Sequence record: JX128257
Source: Escherichia phage ECML-4
DNA: 64,000 bases
Strand: one strand, 5' to 3'
Shown here: piece after piece, positions 54,547 to 63,619 of the stretch
How the letters are laid out: each line of letters begins with the position of its first letter
How positions within the stretch are numbered: the first letter of the stretch is position 1
The notes under the pieces: generated by a model
Databases searched by the model: none
What the model was told of the DNA's origin: nothing
Seen by the model: only the letters and a program-made list of their open reading frames with translations
Program-made: the position numbers and the translations under genes

Positions 54547-57288
54547 TTATGCCCCGAGAATACGTTTTGAAATAGCCTTCACAAATCTAGTGGCATCTTC
54601 AATCGCATTATGCGCCGTTGGCTGATATTTTGACATCATGAATTTCACCAAACGATGACATTCAACTCGGTATCGGTTTTTGGCCTTTTGCTTTTGAGAT
54701 ATAGTGCTAGTGACCTTTATCTCATCAAATCCTTCAGCAGTTAATTTTTCATTCAATAAATCAACAACTTGAGTTAACTGGTTACAGGCGCGGAAAAATC
54801 TCGTAGTTGAGAAAGGCATTTCTATACGATAATGTAATTCCTCAACAGCCTTGCGGAAATAACCGTACCCCGATCCAGACGGGTTTCGTTTGGCCAGCAT
54901 ACGAACAACCTTCCATTCTTCTTCAGTGATTTGTTGTTTCGCATAACCGATGATTGCTTTTGCCCTGTGTTGATGATGAGCATAGCCATCCGTAACTTCT
55001 CCATGGGAATCAATCAACAGCTTGGCACCATAATCAATGCGATGAGACATGATGTTTATGCCCTTGCGAAGTTTCAGGAGTTTCTTAGATTCAAGCGCCT
55101 GAAATTCATCTTTATAATGCTCAAGCAACATATCAAACACTGCGTCAATGGGGATGAATACTTCTGGGAATTTCTTCATCATCGGAACAGATTTACGACG
55201 CGCAAGAACGATTGTTGGATGCGCTCCCAGCAAATCAAACATGTTTTCGTTTCCATTCTCGCCGAACTTCGTTCTTTCCATCGCTTCACGCAAATGTCCA
55301 GCCGTGGATTGTCGTAAGGTATTACCATGAATTTTATGGATACCTTCTCGGCCAGATACTTCGATATATACGATCTTTTTGCCTGAATCAATAATATCTG
55401 AAACGGTTTTTCCATCCAATTCATAAACGCTGTCGAAGTTAAATGAATTGTAATGGAAACTAAACATCCCAGGATCTTTTTCAACGGTCGGGCGAACATA
55501 TTCCATTTCATGCATGAAATAAACTTCATCCGGATTGAATAAATCGCCAAAAACCTCGATCAGTTTATCGGCAAAGACCAGGTAGTCCGGTGTTGTTTCT
55601 TGTACACCGATCCATGATTCAAAATAAGACTTCAATTCCTCATGGTTGGTGAATGATTCTTTATGTGCCGCCAGCTGATTCCGATTACTGAAATAATTTT
55701 CATTCGGTTTGACGACGATAACGACATTGAAGTTATTACGTGCTGTTTGTATCTTCAGGTTTCGAGCACGATTCGAGTTATCAATAATAACAGCAATTTT
55801 TGATTTAGATTTCAACCAATTTCCGACAGAGTTCACATAAATGCTGTCGTGTACTACACCGTCGTCGTGTACTTCAATTTCGTAAGGACTACCAATAGAC
55901 CGGAAAGGTGCATCCACAGAGTAATCGCGCACGACGTCCGGCGCTCCGATATAACGGAACGTGCCTTTGTAGAAACGGTTATCTGCAGGAAATTCTCGCT
56001 CCACTAATTTACGGAAACCGCTACCGAACATATCGGTCAATTGAGCCTTCTTCATATAAAGCATAAGAGGACCCATAGATTCGGCCTGGCGAAGTTCATA
56101 CATCTTCGCCTGCATAATATTGTCAGCCACATATTTGAACACTCGGTTCAGGCTTTCACGGGTGAACTCGTCATATGACAAGTCTTCACGTGATGGAGGA
56201 ACATTCAATTCTCCAAGTTCAAAGAATGTATAGGAACTCGGGAATTTCTCCAGCACCGAACGTATTTCAGAATCCAATTGCTCAAGATCTATCGGATAAG
56301 AAACCCCGCCCATAACAGCATAGTGGGTATTATCAGAATCAGACTTCGGCTGAATATACGTGTTGCCCACACGGTTTTCAAAATTGATGTCCTGCCAGCG
56401 GAAAGAATAACTGGCATTTTCAACCTTCGGGCGCATTGATGGGCGCATAACTCGACCCAGACGGACCAGTTCTTGTTCAAATGCAGTAAATCGCTGATTC
56501 TTTACAGGCACTTTAACAGTCAGACCATTGAACTCATCAGTGTCTTCTGGTTTCGGATCACGGGTGTCCAAATCCTTGGTGATCAGGTCCACAGTAGGAA
56601 TCCTGTCCGCATTCAGATACATAAGGAAGCGATACAGTTTACCTTCATAACGACTTTCTACAGTAAATGAGTCCGACACTGCAAATGGGGATTTAGAACC
56701 CAGCCCGAACGCGCCGATCTGCCCGTCGTCGTCCTCTTTGGTGCTATGGAAGAGTGTTGTGTACAAACCAGGTCCACGGATGATCTCGCCGTCCTCAGCG
56801 CGGAATACCAACACCCCATTGTAATAACCAGGCGTCCCAATAACAGCAGTGCTGTCAGGGATTTCATCTTCCTTCACAACAATGTTGCCTTCGACAAGCA
56901 CTTCATCTTCCCGCGCTGCGATAGGTTCACCGATAATCATTTCTAACGGAAGGCCAATCCCATAATCCTTGATTTCCAGCCATGGTTCCATAACATCAGG
57001 TAAATGGACCACAACGGGCGTCCCTTTGGGAGCAAGATGCTTGCTGTATCTTTGGGGCATAGGGGTAAGAGGGGCATAATGGGACGGCAACCAACGCTGT
57101 TGGCGATCACGCATATTATGCGAGTCTATACCGTTACATAACGTCTCACGCAAAGATGCGGCCTCTTTATATTTGTAGAGACTTGAGAACAATGTTTCAA
57201 ATAATTTATCCGTCATCTTGACATTAAATGTCTGTCCGACGATAGTGGAAGAAGAGCGCACGAAATGCTCAGACTTGCGCATTTTCAT
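54547..57288 (-). CDS. rIIA: rIIA-like protein with GHKL-type ATPase domain
   Basis: 913 aa; GHKL motifs (DYGIGLP, GAFGLGSKSPF) in the N-terminal third, as in T4 rIIA. Confidence 0.65.
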   Translation of the reverse strand: MKMRKSEHFVRSSSTIVGQTFNVKMTDKLFETLFSSLYKYKEAASLRETLCNGIDSHNMRDRQQRWLPSHYAPLTPMPQRYSKHLAPKGTPVVVHLPDVMEPWLEIKDYGIGLPLEMIIGEPIAAREDEVLVEGNIVVKEDEIPDSTAVIGTPGYYNGVLVFRAEDGEIIRGPGLYTTLFHSTKEDDDGQIGAFGLGSKSPFAVSDSFTVESRYEGKLYRFLMYLNADRIPTVDLITKDLDTRDPKPEDTDEFNGLTVKVPVKNQRFTAFEQELVRLGRVMRPSMRPKVENASYSFRWQDINFENRVGNTYIQPKSDSDNTHYAVMGGVSYPIDLEQLDSEIRSVLEKFPSSYTFFELGELNVPPSREDLSYDEFTRESLNRVFKYVADNIMQAKMYELRQAESMGPLMLYMKKAQLTDMFGSGFRKLVEREFPADNRFYKGTFRYIGAPDVVRDYSVDAPFRSIGSPYEIEVHDDGVVHDSIYVNSVGNWLKSKSKIAVIIDNSNRARNLKIQTARNNFNVVIVVKPNENYFSNRNQLAAHKESFTNHEELKSYFESWIGVQETTPDYLVFADKLIEVFGDLFNPDEVYFMHEMEYVRPTVEKDPGMFSFHYNSFNFDSVYELDGKTVSDIIDSGKKIVYIEVSGREGIHKIHGNTLRQSTAGHLREAMERTKFGENGNENMFDLLGAHPTIVLARRKSVPMMKKFPEVFIPIDAVFDMLLEHYKDEFQALESKKLLKLRKGINIMSHRIDYGAKLLIDSHGEVTDGYAHHQHRAKAIIGYAKQQITEEEWKVVRMLAKRNPSGSGYGYFRKAVEELHYRIEMPFSTTRFFRACNQLTQVVDLLNEKLTAEGFDEIKVTSTISQKQKAKNRYRVECHRLVKFMMSKYQPTAHNAIEDATRFVKAISKRILGA

Positions 57289-57361
57289 AGTATAGAATTC
57301 CTATTCAGTTTCAAAGGGAACACATTATTGGGGTATGGGTATGATACTAGCGGGGGACTCA

Positions 57362-57390
57362 ATAGAAAAAAGCCTCCAAAAGGAGGCTTA
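57362..57390 (-). terminator. rho-independent terminator (minus strand)
   Basis: AGCCTCC-TTTT-GGAGGCT stem followed by TTTTTTCTATT on the minus strand. Confidence 0.7.
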
Positions 57391-57397
57391 ATCAGGT

Positions 57398-57751
57398 TTA
57401 ACTCTGGTCTACATTTACAACGGCAGCGTTAAAGTTGAATGTCGGATGGGTAGCGCCTGGCTCTAACGTTTCTTCCAGATAACCCGCGATATTCCGCACC
57501 ACGGTTTTAGGCTCAGAACGTGAAGGCTTCGTTGCTCCAAGTTCAATGATACTGGAAGTAACTTGTTCGACTTGGGTGTGAGCCACAACAAAATGGTAAC
57601 GACTACCAAACGCCGCCACTTCAACTTCTGTAATTTCCAAACCACTCAATTCAGAGCTGCTCAACTGCTTCACATTCAGTTGTGAACGAAGGTGTTCCAC
57701 AATGTTGCTATAAACATATTGTGGCGTGATCAGCTGTTCAATAGAACTCAT
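57398..57751 (-). CDS. hypothetical protein
   Basis: ORF with ATGA overlap to the upstream ORF. Confidence 0.45.
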   Translation of the reverse strand: MSSIEQLITPQYVYSNIVEHLRSQLNVKQLSSSELSGLEITEVEVAAFGSRYHFVVAHTQVEQVTSSIIELGATKPSRSEPKTVVRNIAGYLEETLEPGATHPTFNFNAAVVNVDQS

Positions 57752-57951
57752 GACATATCCTCATTTCTTTGGGGGTTATTGTTACTTAACCGGACGACCT
57801 CTGCTCGAAGGAAAAGGATTTCATCGGCCATTATCTTTCCCTCTTCAAACATCACATGGCAACGTGATAATCTGGGTTCGCCTTCAGATAATGCGTGAAG
57901 ACGATATTCAGGGATGACATCATTTACGACGTTTCTTTTTGTTCTTTCCAT
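57748..57951 (-). CDS. hypothetical protein (start uncertain)
   Basis: Internal ATG of the track ORF 57748..58038; overlaps the alternative-frame ORF 57920..58126. Confidence 0.3.
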   Translation of the reverse strand: MERTKRNVVNDVIPEYRLHALSEGEPRLSRCHVMFEEGKIMADEILFLRAEVVRLSNNNPQRNEDMS

Positions 57952-58126
57952 GGATCTTGGCCTTTTTAGGACGACTAACGGAAGGACGGGCATGCCCAGG
58001 CTCCCCAGGGGTACAACCTTGGGCATAACGTTGGTCATCCCAGAGGCGTCCTTTGTGAGACATATCTTCAGCCATCGCGGACAAGGCGAGGGTTGCTACA
58101 GCCGCAGCAGATAATGGTTTAGACAT
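57920..58126 (-). CDS. small protein with signal-peptide-like N-terminus and Lys-rich C-terminal tail
   Basis: ATG at 58126 with AGGAGA SD. Confidence 0.35.
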   Translation of the reverse strand: MSKPLSAAAVATLALSAMAEDMSHKGRLWDDQRYAQGCTPGEPGHARPSVSRPKKAKIHGKNKKKRRK

Positions 58127-58565
58127 CTGTTTCTCCTTTTGCTGCATATGCCAGTGCTTTTACAATCATCACGGCCAATCCGATTGGGTCGCACGTACCT
58201 TCGAATTCTTGTTCTAAAATCTCACGTATTTCATCAGAAGATTGTACTTCGGAGCAGTTCTTGCTCTGTCGACGTTGTTCTTGCTCAACGAGGTCTTTGA
58301 ACAGAAGGTCTTTGAAAGAATACTCATCGAAGTTTTCCAGATACTGCTGGATACTTGGTTGTTTCGCATCCATCGTTCTACGCAGATTGCTGATAGTTGT
58401 ACTCGCCTGTTCGCGGTGTTTGTTCATAACGGAAAAGTTCACGGGTTTTCCCCAAGCGTTCGTCACTGTGTTGGAACATACTTGTCCGAAGAGATCTTGG
58501 AAGGCGTCATCCAGATGAATCAGCGCGGCGGCCAGTTCATCATAAGTTGGTTTTTGAGCAGTCAT
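58119..58565 (-). CDS. hypothetical protein
   Basis: ORF. Confidence 0.45.
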   Translation of the reverse strand: MTAQKPTYDELAAALIHLDDAFQDLFGQVCSNTVTNAWGKPVNFSVMNKHREQASTTISNLRRTMDAKQPSIQQYLENFDEYSFKDLLFKDLVEQEQRRQSKNCSEVQSSDEIREILEQEFEGTCDPIGLAVMIVKALAYAAKGETDV

Positions 58566-58945
58566 TTTCGTTTATTCCTATTTTTAGATTTCTTGGCTTG
58601 ACGTTTATGCTGAGCGGCTCCATACAAGCGCGGAGGCTTTTGATAACGCTGTGAGGCAATTATATCCCTGTAGTCGGCTTCGGCTTCACAGCAAGAAACA
58701 TCCGTTCTTCGTAATTGCGCGACCGCTTGTGACACCAGCATTTTACGTTCGCTTTCTACCAGGTCATCACAAATTATCATGCGCTCGCCTGGTTCACAAC
58801 GACGTTTGGGAATGTCGTCAACACTGATGCATTCCACCTCAACGCCTTTCAATTTTTCTTGAAGGATGATGGCCATAGTACGAGCGCCCACCCCTCCTCC
58901 AATAATTGCAATCTTTCTTGGCTTGTCAGACATAATACATTCCAT
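58562..58945 (-). CDS. hypothetical protein with Gly-rich dinucleotide-binding-like motif and basic tail
   Basis: IAIIGGGVGA motif; Lys/Arg-rich C-terminus. Confidence 0.45.
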   Translation of the reverse strand: MECIMSDKPRKIAIIGGGVGARTMAIILQEKLKGVEVECISVDDIPKRRCEPGERMIICDDLVESERKMLVSQAVAQLRRTDVSCCEAEADYRDIIASQRYQKPPRLYGAAQHKRQAKKSKNRNKRK

Positions 58946-58949
58946 AAAA

Positions 58950-58995
58950 AAGAGGATAGAGCAATAATACCCTATCCCCCTTTATTGAAGAACGA
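58950..58995 (-). terminator. terminator-like hairpin within a repeated intergenic element (minus strand)
   Basis: Minus-strand CGTTCTTCAATAAAGGGGGATAGGG-TATTATTGC-TCTATCC then TTTTTT. Confidence 0.55.
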
Positions 58996-59421
58996 TTAGT
59001 CTTTGGATTCTACTTTATCACCACGCAGATCCTGGACGGGTTTGCCATCCGGCGACATGATGTAGATGGTGTTAATTGTTTCAAACCAAGACAGTTCATC
59101 AACTCCTTCAGTGTATGGAGTTACCGGAACTGAAGTTTTGATATGATCACCAACGTTATTTGGGGCACCATCAGACTTCAGCACTGGCTCCAGGAAGGCG
59201 AAACGACCATTTGGATAAATCACCCCGCCTTTGAACATGCGAATCTTCTTGCGAGGGTTGTTAGCCTCACCAAGACACACCACCAGATGATGAATCATCT
59301 CAGGGCGGGTGAGCAACGTGTCGTCACGGATGATCCCCTGTTTGATAGCAGAGATCACCACTTCATCCAACAAAGCCTGTTGCTGTTCCAGAGTCAAAGA
59401 TTCAGTAAGTTTCACGCTCAT
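58996..59421 (-). CDS. hypothetical protein
   Basis: ORF. Confidence 0.45.
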   Translation of the reverse strand: MSVKLTESLTLEQQQALLDEVVISAIKQGIIRDDTLLTRPEMIHHLVVCLGEANNPRKKIRMFKGGVIYPNGRFAFLEPVLKSDGAPNNVGDHIKTSVPVTPYTEGVDELSWFETINTIYIMSPDGKPVQDLRGDKVESKD

Positions 59422-59424
59422 GGT

Positions 59425-59994
59425 CTAACCTTTGAAATTAATTGGGTTCTGAACCCCAGAGTCAAACGCGGCCTGGGTACGGGTATCGCTCACCACCTGA
59501 CAGGTCTTTTCGAGATCGATGCGAGGGTATCCAAAGATGCCAGCAATGACAGATCCAGGGAACTGGCCGAGTTTGGTTTCATAGATAGCACACGCATCTA
59601 ATTTCTTTGTCTGGCTGATACGGAATTCATCACGTCCTGAACTGATGACCACCTGAATTTCTTTGTACAGGCTTGAATCAAACTGGATGTTCTGTTCCTG
59701 GATCCATTGCATAACCGCCTTTGAACCATCAGCACCATAACGACCCTGGAAAGTATCTTTGATCACTTCTTTCAGACCGTCTTTGTACAGGCCAGGTATC
59801 TGAGCCGTCTCTTGTACTTTGTTTGTATAGTTGCTCAGATGGTTTTCAGAATCTTTATTGAACTTTTTGACTTGCTGTTCAATACGATTGAAATCATTGA
59901 AATAACTGACGAAACTACCAACACCGATTACAACAAAAGCCAGAATCGCCAAACCGATGATCCAACCAATTGAAATACCTTTACGCTGCGACAT
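59425..59994 (-). CDS. LemA-family membrane protein (putative)
   Basis: N-terminal TM anchor and C-terminal FPGSVIAGIFGY motif resembling the LemA signature. Confidence 0.5.
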   Translation of the reverse strand: MSQRKGISIGWIIGLAILAFVVIGVGSFVSYFNDFNRIEQQVKKFNKDSENHLSNYTNKVQETAQIPGLYKDGLKEVIKDTFQGRYGADGSKAVMQWIQEQNIQFDSSLYKEIQVVISSGRDEFRISQTKKLDACAIYETKLGQFPGSVIAGIFGYPRIDLEKTCQVVSDTRTQAAFDSGVQNPINFKG

Positions 59995-60009
59995 CTTTAC
60001 TTCCTCTTG

Positions 60010-61119
60010 TTAAAACAAACGTTTGTAAGTGCGACCATTGTACTGCATATGGCCTAATATGAAAATTGCGGTAAACGGAACACAACCTAATAAAACGACG
60101 ATAATCACTTCCCATGTCTTGAGGTCACGCCATTTCAGATACTCCATTTCCTTCATTTCAACACGGTTATAGCCTTTGCTGATATTGACTGCAACTTCTT
60201 GGAATACTGATATCCCCATGGGTTTGCCAGTCAATGAAAGACCGTTTCGGGAATGAAGTTCCATGTTATTCATCCCATCAGCAAATGACGTGGATTTACC
60301 CCAATTGATTTTCATATCCTTCGATATGTCAGTAACCACAATGACATCGTTCTTTTTACCACCAGACCATGCATATAGCAGCCCCTGAAAATATTCCACA
60401 GGCTGGCCAGAAGTCACTACCCACACGATATTGACCTGACGTGATGCCCCCAATGTTTTCAAAGTGTTGTTCAGATAATCATTCCAATAATCAACGGGAA
60501 TATCCATCCCTGACATATTCAGAACACGAGTCACCCGATAATAATCATACACCCTTGGATATGACGGGATATGGTCTTTGAACTTCTCAGCGAATTGTTG
60601 GTCAGATTTGGAGAATAAAGAATCCTTGTTCCCTAGAACATAGTTCATATATGCATGTTCACGCGCTGCAGGTTCTCCGATTTTAACTTGCGCCCAACGC
60701 GGGGGCTCTGTAGTACCCTGACGATCAATACGGTCAATGCTCAGATCACCGACGGATGTTAATACGTCCCAATCAACGTCATAAGAGTGCTCATAGCACG
60801 TGCTGCAATGACGCGTTTGTGTACAAGATCGGTTATTTCCTGAACCAGAGCAAGAAGTTGTGTAATAGCACATACATTCATAAGAATGGCTACAACCCAC
60901 CTTATTTCGTTGCTTGTCAGTAACGTATCCATTCAAAATTTCAACATCTCCCGAACTACCCAGGGAAAATGCAGCGTATGCTCCCGCCTGGATAAGACAG
61001 GATAATACAACCACTATCGCAGTAGCAATTAGCGTTTCTTTTGGTTCATGGGTTTTGCGATGGTAAACCACGAACAATATGGCTAAAATAATAGGGACCA
61101 CAAACAGAAGGTAAATCAT
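60010..61119 (-). CDS. Cys-rich integral membrane protein (two N-terminal TM helices, one C-terminal TM helix)
   Basis: Hydrophobic termini flanking a Cys-rich domain (CSHSYECMCYYTTSCSGSG ... CSTCY). Confidence 0.5.
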   Translation of the reverse strand: MIYLLFVVPIILAILFVVYHRKTHEPKETLIATAIVVVLSCLIQAGAYAAFSLGSSGDVEILNGYVTDKQRNKVGCSHSYECMCYYTTSCSGSGNNRSCTQTRHCSTCYEHSYDVDWDVLTSVGDLSIDRIDRQGTTEPPRWAQVKIGEPAAREHAYMNYVLGNKDSLFSKSDQQFAEKFKDHIPSYPRVYDYYRVTRVLNMSGMDIPVDYWNDYLNNTLKTLGASRQVNIVWVVTSGQPVEYFQGLLYAWSGGKKNDVIVVTDISKDMKINWGKSTSFADGMNNMELHSRNGLSLTGKPMGISVFQEVAVNISKGYNRVEMKEMEYLKWRDLKTWEVIIVVLLGCVPFTAIFILGHMQYNGRTYKRLF

Positions 61120-61502
61120 AACACACCATCCACGAGTTGTTCCTTCGTCATACCAAGAAGTTGATTTTTATGACCTGATTCAGCTCCATTTTTCAACAAC
61201 AGATCCCAACGTTCTTCATGATACTGTGGAGTCATTGCATCGTCAAAAGAAACATGGTGGCGATGCATAATTGTTGCAACGGTATGAAGAACGATTGCTG
61301 TCGCTCTTTTTAAAGCACGTGTATCAGTGATATGGTCTTCATATTCAATACCCATCAAATCGAGTTCTTTCCGAATATATGCAATAGACAAATCACCTTC
61401 AGAATGCAATTTAACAATAGTCGCTTTCTTAGGATGTAACACGCCGTCTGTTTCTTTCATGAACAGATCGTACAAATATTGTTTGTATTCGGGGCGCATC
61501 AT
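61116..61502 (-). CDS. hypothetical protein
   Basis: ORF with start/stop overlap. Confidence 0.45.
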   Translation of the reverse strand: MMRPEYKQYLYDLFMKETDGVLHPKKATIVKLHSEGDLSIAYIRKELDLMGIEYEDHITDTRALKRATAIVLHTVATIMHRHHVSFDDAMTPQYHEERWDLLLKNGAESGHKNQLLGMTKEQLVDGVL

Positions 61503-61738
61503 CTCGTAATCCCTCCGGCACAGATAATATTCAGTTCACCGCGACGGAAACCGCCTTGCCCATCGTCCAACTTAGTCAGAGGTGTATGTGCATCTCGAAC
61601 TTTCTGAGCGAACTCTTCCGACACCACCAGATGACCCATCAGAGGAGTCTTTTCTTGTTTTGGGGTGGATTCAAAATAGTCACCGAACGTCGCTTCCATA
61701 TCCAGCACAGACATATCTTCAATTCGTTGCATTGCCAT
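61499..61738 (-). CDS. hypothetical protein
   Basis: ORF with AGGAAA SD. Confidence 0.45.
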   Translation of the reverse strand: MAMQRIEDMSVLDMEATFGDYFESTPKQEKTPLMGHLVVSEEFAQKVRDAHTPLTKLDDGQGGFRRGELNIICAGGITR

Positions 61739-61744
61739 GATGTA

Positions 61745-61815
61745 TTTCCTTGTAAAAGAAAGGGGAACGGGCTAATAATAACCCATTCCCCTTTATTGAA
61801 GAACGCAATCGCAGT
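61745..61815 (-). terminator. terminator hairpin within a repeated intergenic element (minus strand)
   Basis: Minus-strand CGTTCTTCAATAAAGGGGAATGGG-TTATTATTAG-CCCGTTCCCC then TTTCTTTT. Confidence 0.6.
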
Positions 61816-61819
61816 CAGA

Positions 61820-61987
61820 TTACTTTTTCTTCAGCTCTTCCAGCTTGGCTTCAATTTGGTCCAGAATCTCTTTACCTTTCTGGACGATGGCTTCACCGTC
61901 TTGCGCGTGTTTACGAAAAACCAGAGCGCCAGCAATGAAACCAACAACCACGCCTGGGAGCGCATACACCAACAGATCTTGTAACAT
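61820..61987 (-). CDS. small single-pass membrane protein (55 aa) with its own late promoter
   Basis: ORF below the 60 aa track cutoff; GTGAGGAT SD; TATAAATA 31 nt upstream; one TM helix; terminator downstream. Confidence 0.4.
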   Translation of the reverse strand: MLQDLLVYALPGVVVGFIAGALVFRKHAQDGEAIVQKGKEILDQIEAKLEELKKK

Positions 61988-62017
61988 GATTTATATCCTC
62001 ACTTTTATAAGCAAGGA

Positions 62018-62025
62018 TATTTATA
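62018..62025 (-). promoter_or_regulatory. T4-type late promoter motif TATAAATA (minus strand)
   Basis: Exact TATAAATA upstream of the small ORF starting at 61987. Confidence 0.45.
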
Positions 62026-63261
62026 TCATCGTTTCAACAAAGACATGAGGTTTACACTGGTCGACTTCGGATTGTCATCTATCTTCCGGACGGGCATTTT
62101 CAGATTAGTGTAAACCTCAGATGGTTCCCAACGCGTACCCTGCTGCAGGTGCCAAATATGAAGAGGAACACCCGTCTCAAAGAACACAGGCATCTTCCAC
62201 TTCTGGACGCCAGGAACGTGCCCTGCAGGAGCTTTTTCGCATAACAAGGTATCTGGTAGCCAGAGGGAACGGGCTTCCCATAATGCCTTACAGGAGTACT
62301 CAGGCCAGATGCGTTCCATGTAGTCGATCTCATCCCAAGTACGCTCAGCATCCCACCCGATGTAACGAGTGTTTTTCAGACGGAAGAATTTCTTAAGCCA
62401 ACAAGCACCGGAAGTCTCAAAGTTCAAACGATTGATGAACGTGATGTGACCAAACTCGGCGACACAATCTTTGAATGCCTGTTCAAGATCAGCCTCAAGG
62501 ATGTCGCATTCTTCATCGGTGATAGGACAGCCGTTGATCTTTTTCTTTCCGTGCTTGGTCACCCAGTCGTCACGGTTTGACAAGAATGCCGCGCCGTTGC
62601 GGTTGGACTCACTACCATCACGGTCACGCAACATGAACCCAGGGACGTCGATCTGATACATGTTGCCGAATACCATGTTCAGGGCTTCCAGGAAGTTCCA
62701 GGCGCTCAGGCGACCGAAGTATTTCCATCCCATAGCCGTGTCCCATAGCTTAACGAATTGATCACTTTGCAGTTTAGTCTCCAACAACGGACGGAAAGCA
62801 TCCATCTGAGTACGACCAGCTAGCCAATCAATGTAGGACTGAACACACGGGATCATCTTCGATTTGCGATAGCGGCAATCAGTATCGAATCGCATACGCT
62901 CGAAGTTCAGGTTATACCAATCACAGAATCGCTTGAACTCTTGTGGTGACTGAGGCGGTACAGGAAACTCACTATAAATCGTCCATGGGCCAATCCCATT
63001 ATAACAACAGCCCCAAAGGAACGCCATCCAGATCTTGCGCTCGATCTTCTCAAGCTGTGTAATGCCTTCAGTGACTTCAATCGCATAATCCATCAGACGA
63101 ACTTGTTGGTTGTGTTCTTCCGTATACGACAGCGCCTCCACCCATGCTTTGAGCAGATACATCCGATTCTCTGGCTTACGATAATCGATTGACAAATCAA
63201 TTGGGTACTTCCATTCAGCCGGAGGCGTATAACCTGTCGGCATTTTAGATAGATGCGTCAT
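62026..63261 (-). CDS. hypothetical protein (411 aa, Trp/Cys-rich)
   Basis: Long ORF; no domain assignable by eye. Confidence 0.5.
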   Translation of the reverse strand: MTHLSKMPTGYTPPAEWKYPIDLSIDYRKPENRMYLLKAWVEALSYTEEHNQQVRLMDYAIEVTEGITQLEKIERKIWMAFLWGCCYNGIGPWTIYSEFPVPPQSPQEFKRFCDWYNLNFERMRFDTDCRYRKSKMIPCVQSYIDWLAGRTQMDAFRPLLETKLQSDQFVKLWDTAMGWKYFGRLSAWNFLEALNMVFGNMYQIDVPGFMLRDRDGSESNRNGAAFLSNRDDWVTKHGKKKINGCPITDEECDILEADLEQAFKDCVAEFGHITFINRLNFETSGACWLKKFFRLKNTRYIGWDAERTWDEIDYMERIWPEYSCKALWEARSLWLPDTLLCEKAPAGHVPGVQKWKMPVFFETGVPLHIWHLQQGTRWEPSEVYTNLKMPVRKIDDNPKSTSVNLMSLLKR

Positions 63262-63619
63262 CCTTCACCTCGGCTTCGAGTTGGATATCTTCAGGGTTTA
63301 AAACGGGCTGGCCCAAAGACCAAATTGGAAGGAACCGACGGTCATTGGATACTACCCAGATTTGCTTGGCGGTTTTCGTTTTTTCAGAAATATAATGCTG
63401 GGCATTAACCTGAGTCCGTGCCAGCCCAATTTGCCGCCATGCACCGAAATCTTTAGAAGATGGATTGGTGTTCAGCTGGAATTGGGGAATGATTTTATTC
63501 TGTTCCGGATAATATCGGACAGCGTTAATCATATTGGCATCGCCACGATAGTCAACAGCAATAGCAATGGCATTGCGTGGAATAAGAATTTTCATTTTAA
63601 TTCCTTTTGAAACTTTCAA
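63245..63619 (-). CDS. hypothetical protein
   Basis: ORF. Confidence 0.4.
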   Translation of the reverse strand: MKVSKGIKMKILIPRNAIAIAVDYRGDANMINAVRYYPEQNKIIPQFQLNTNPSSKDFGAWRQIGLARTQVNAQHYISEKTKTAKQIWVVSNDRRFLPIWSLGQPVLNPEDIQLEAEVKDDASI

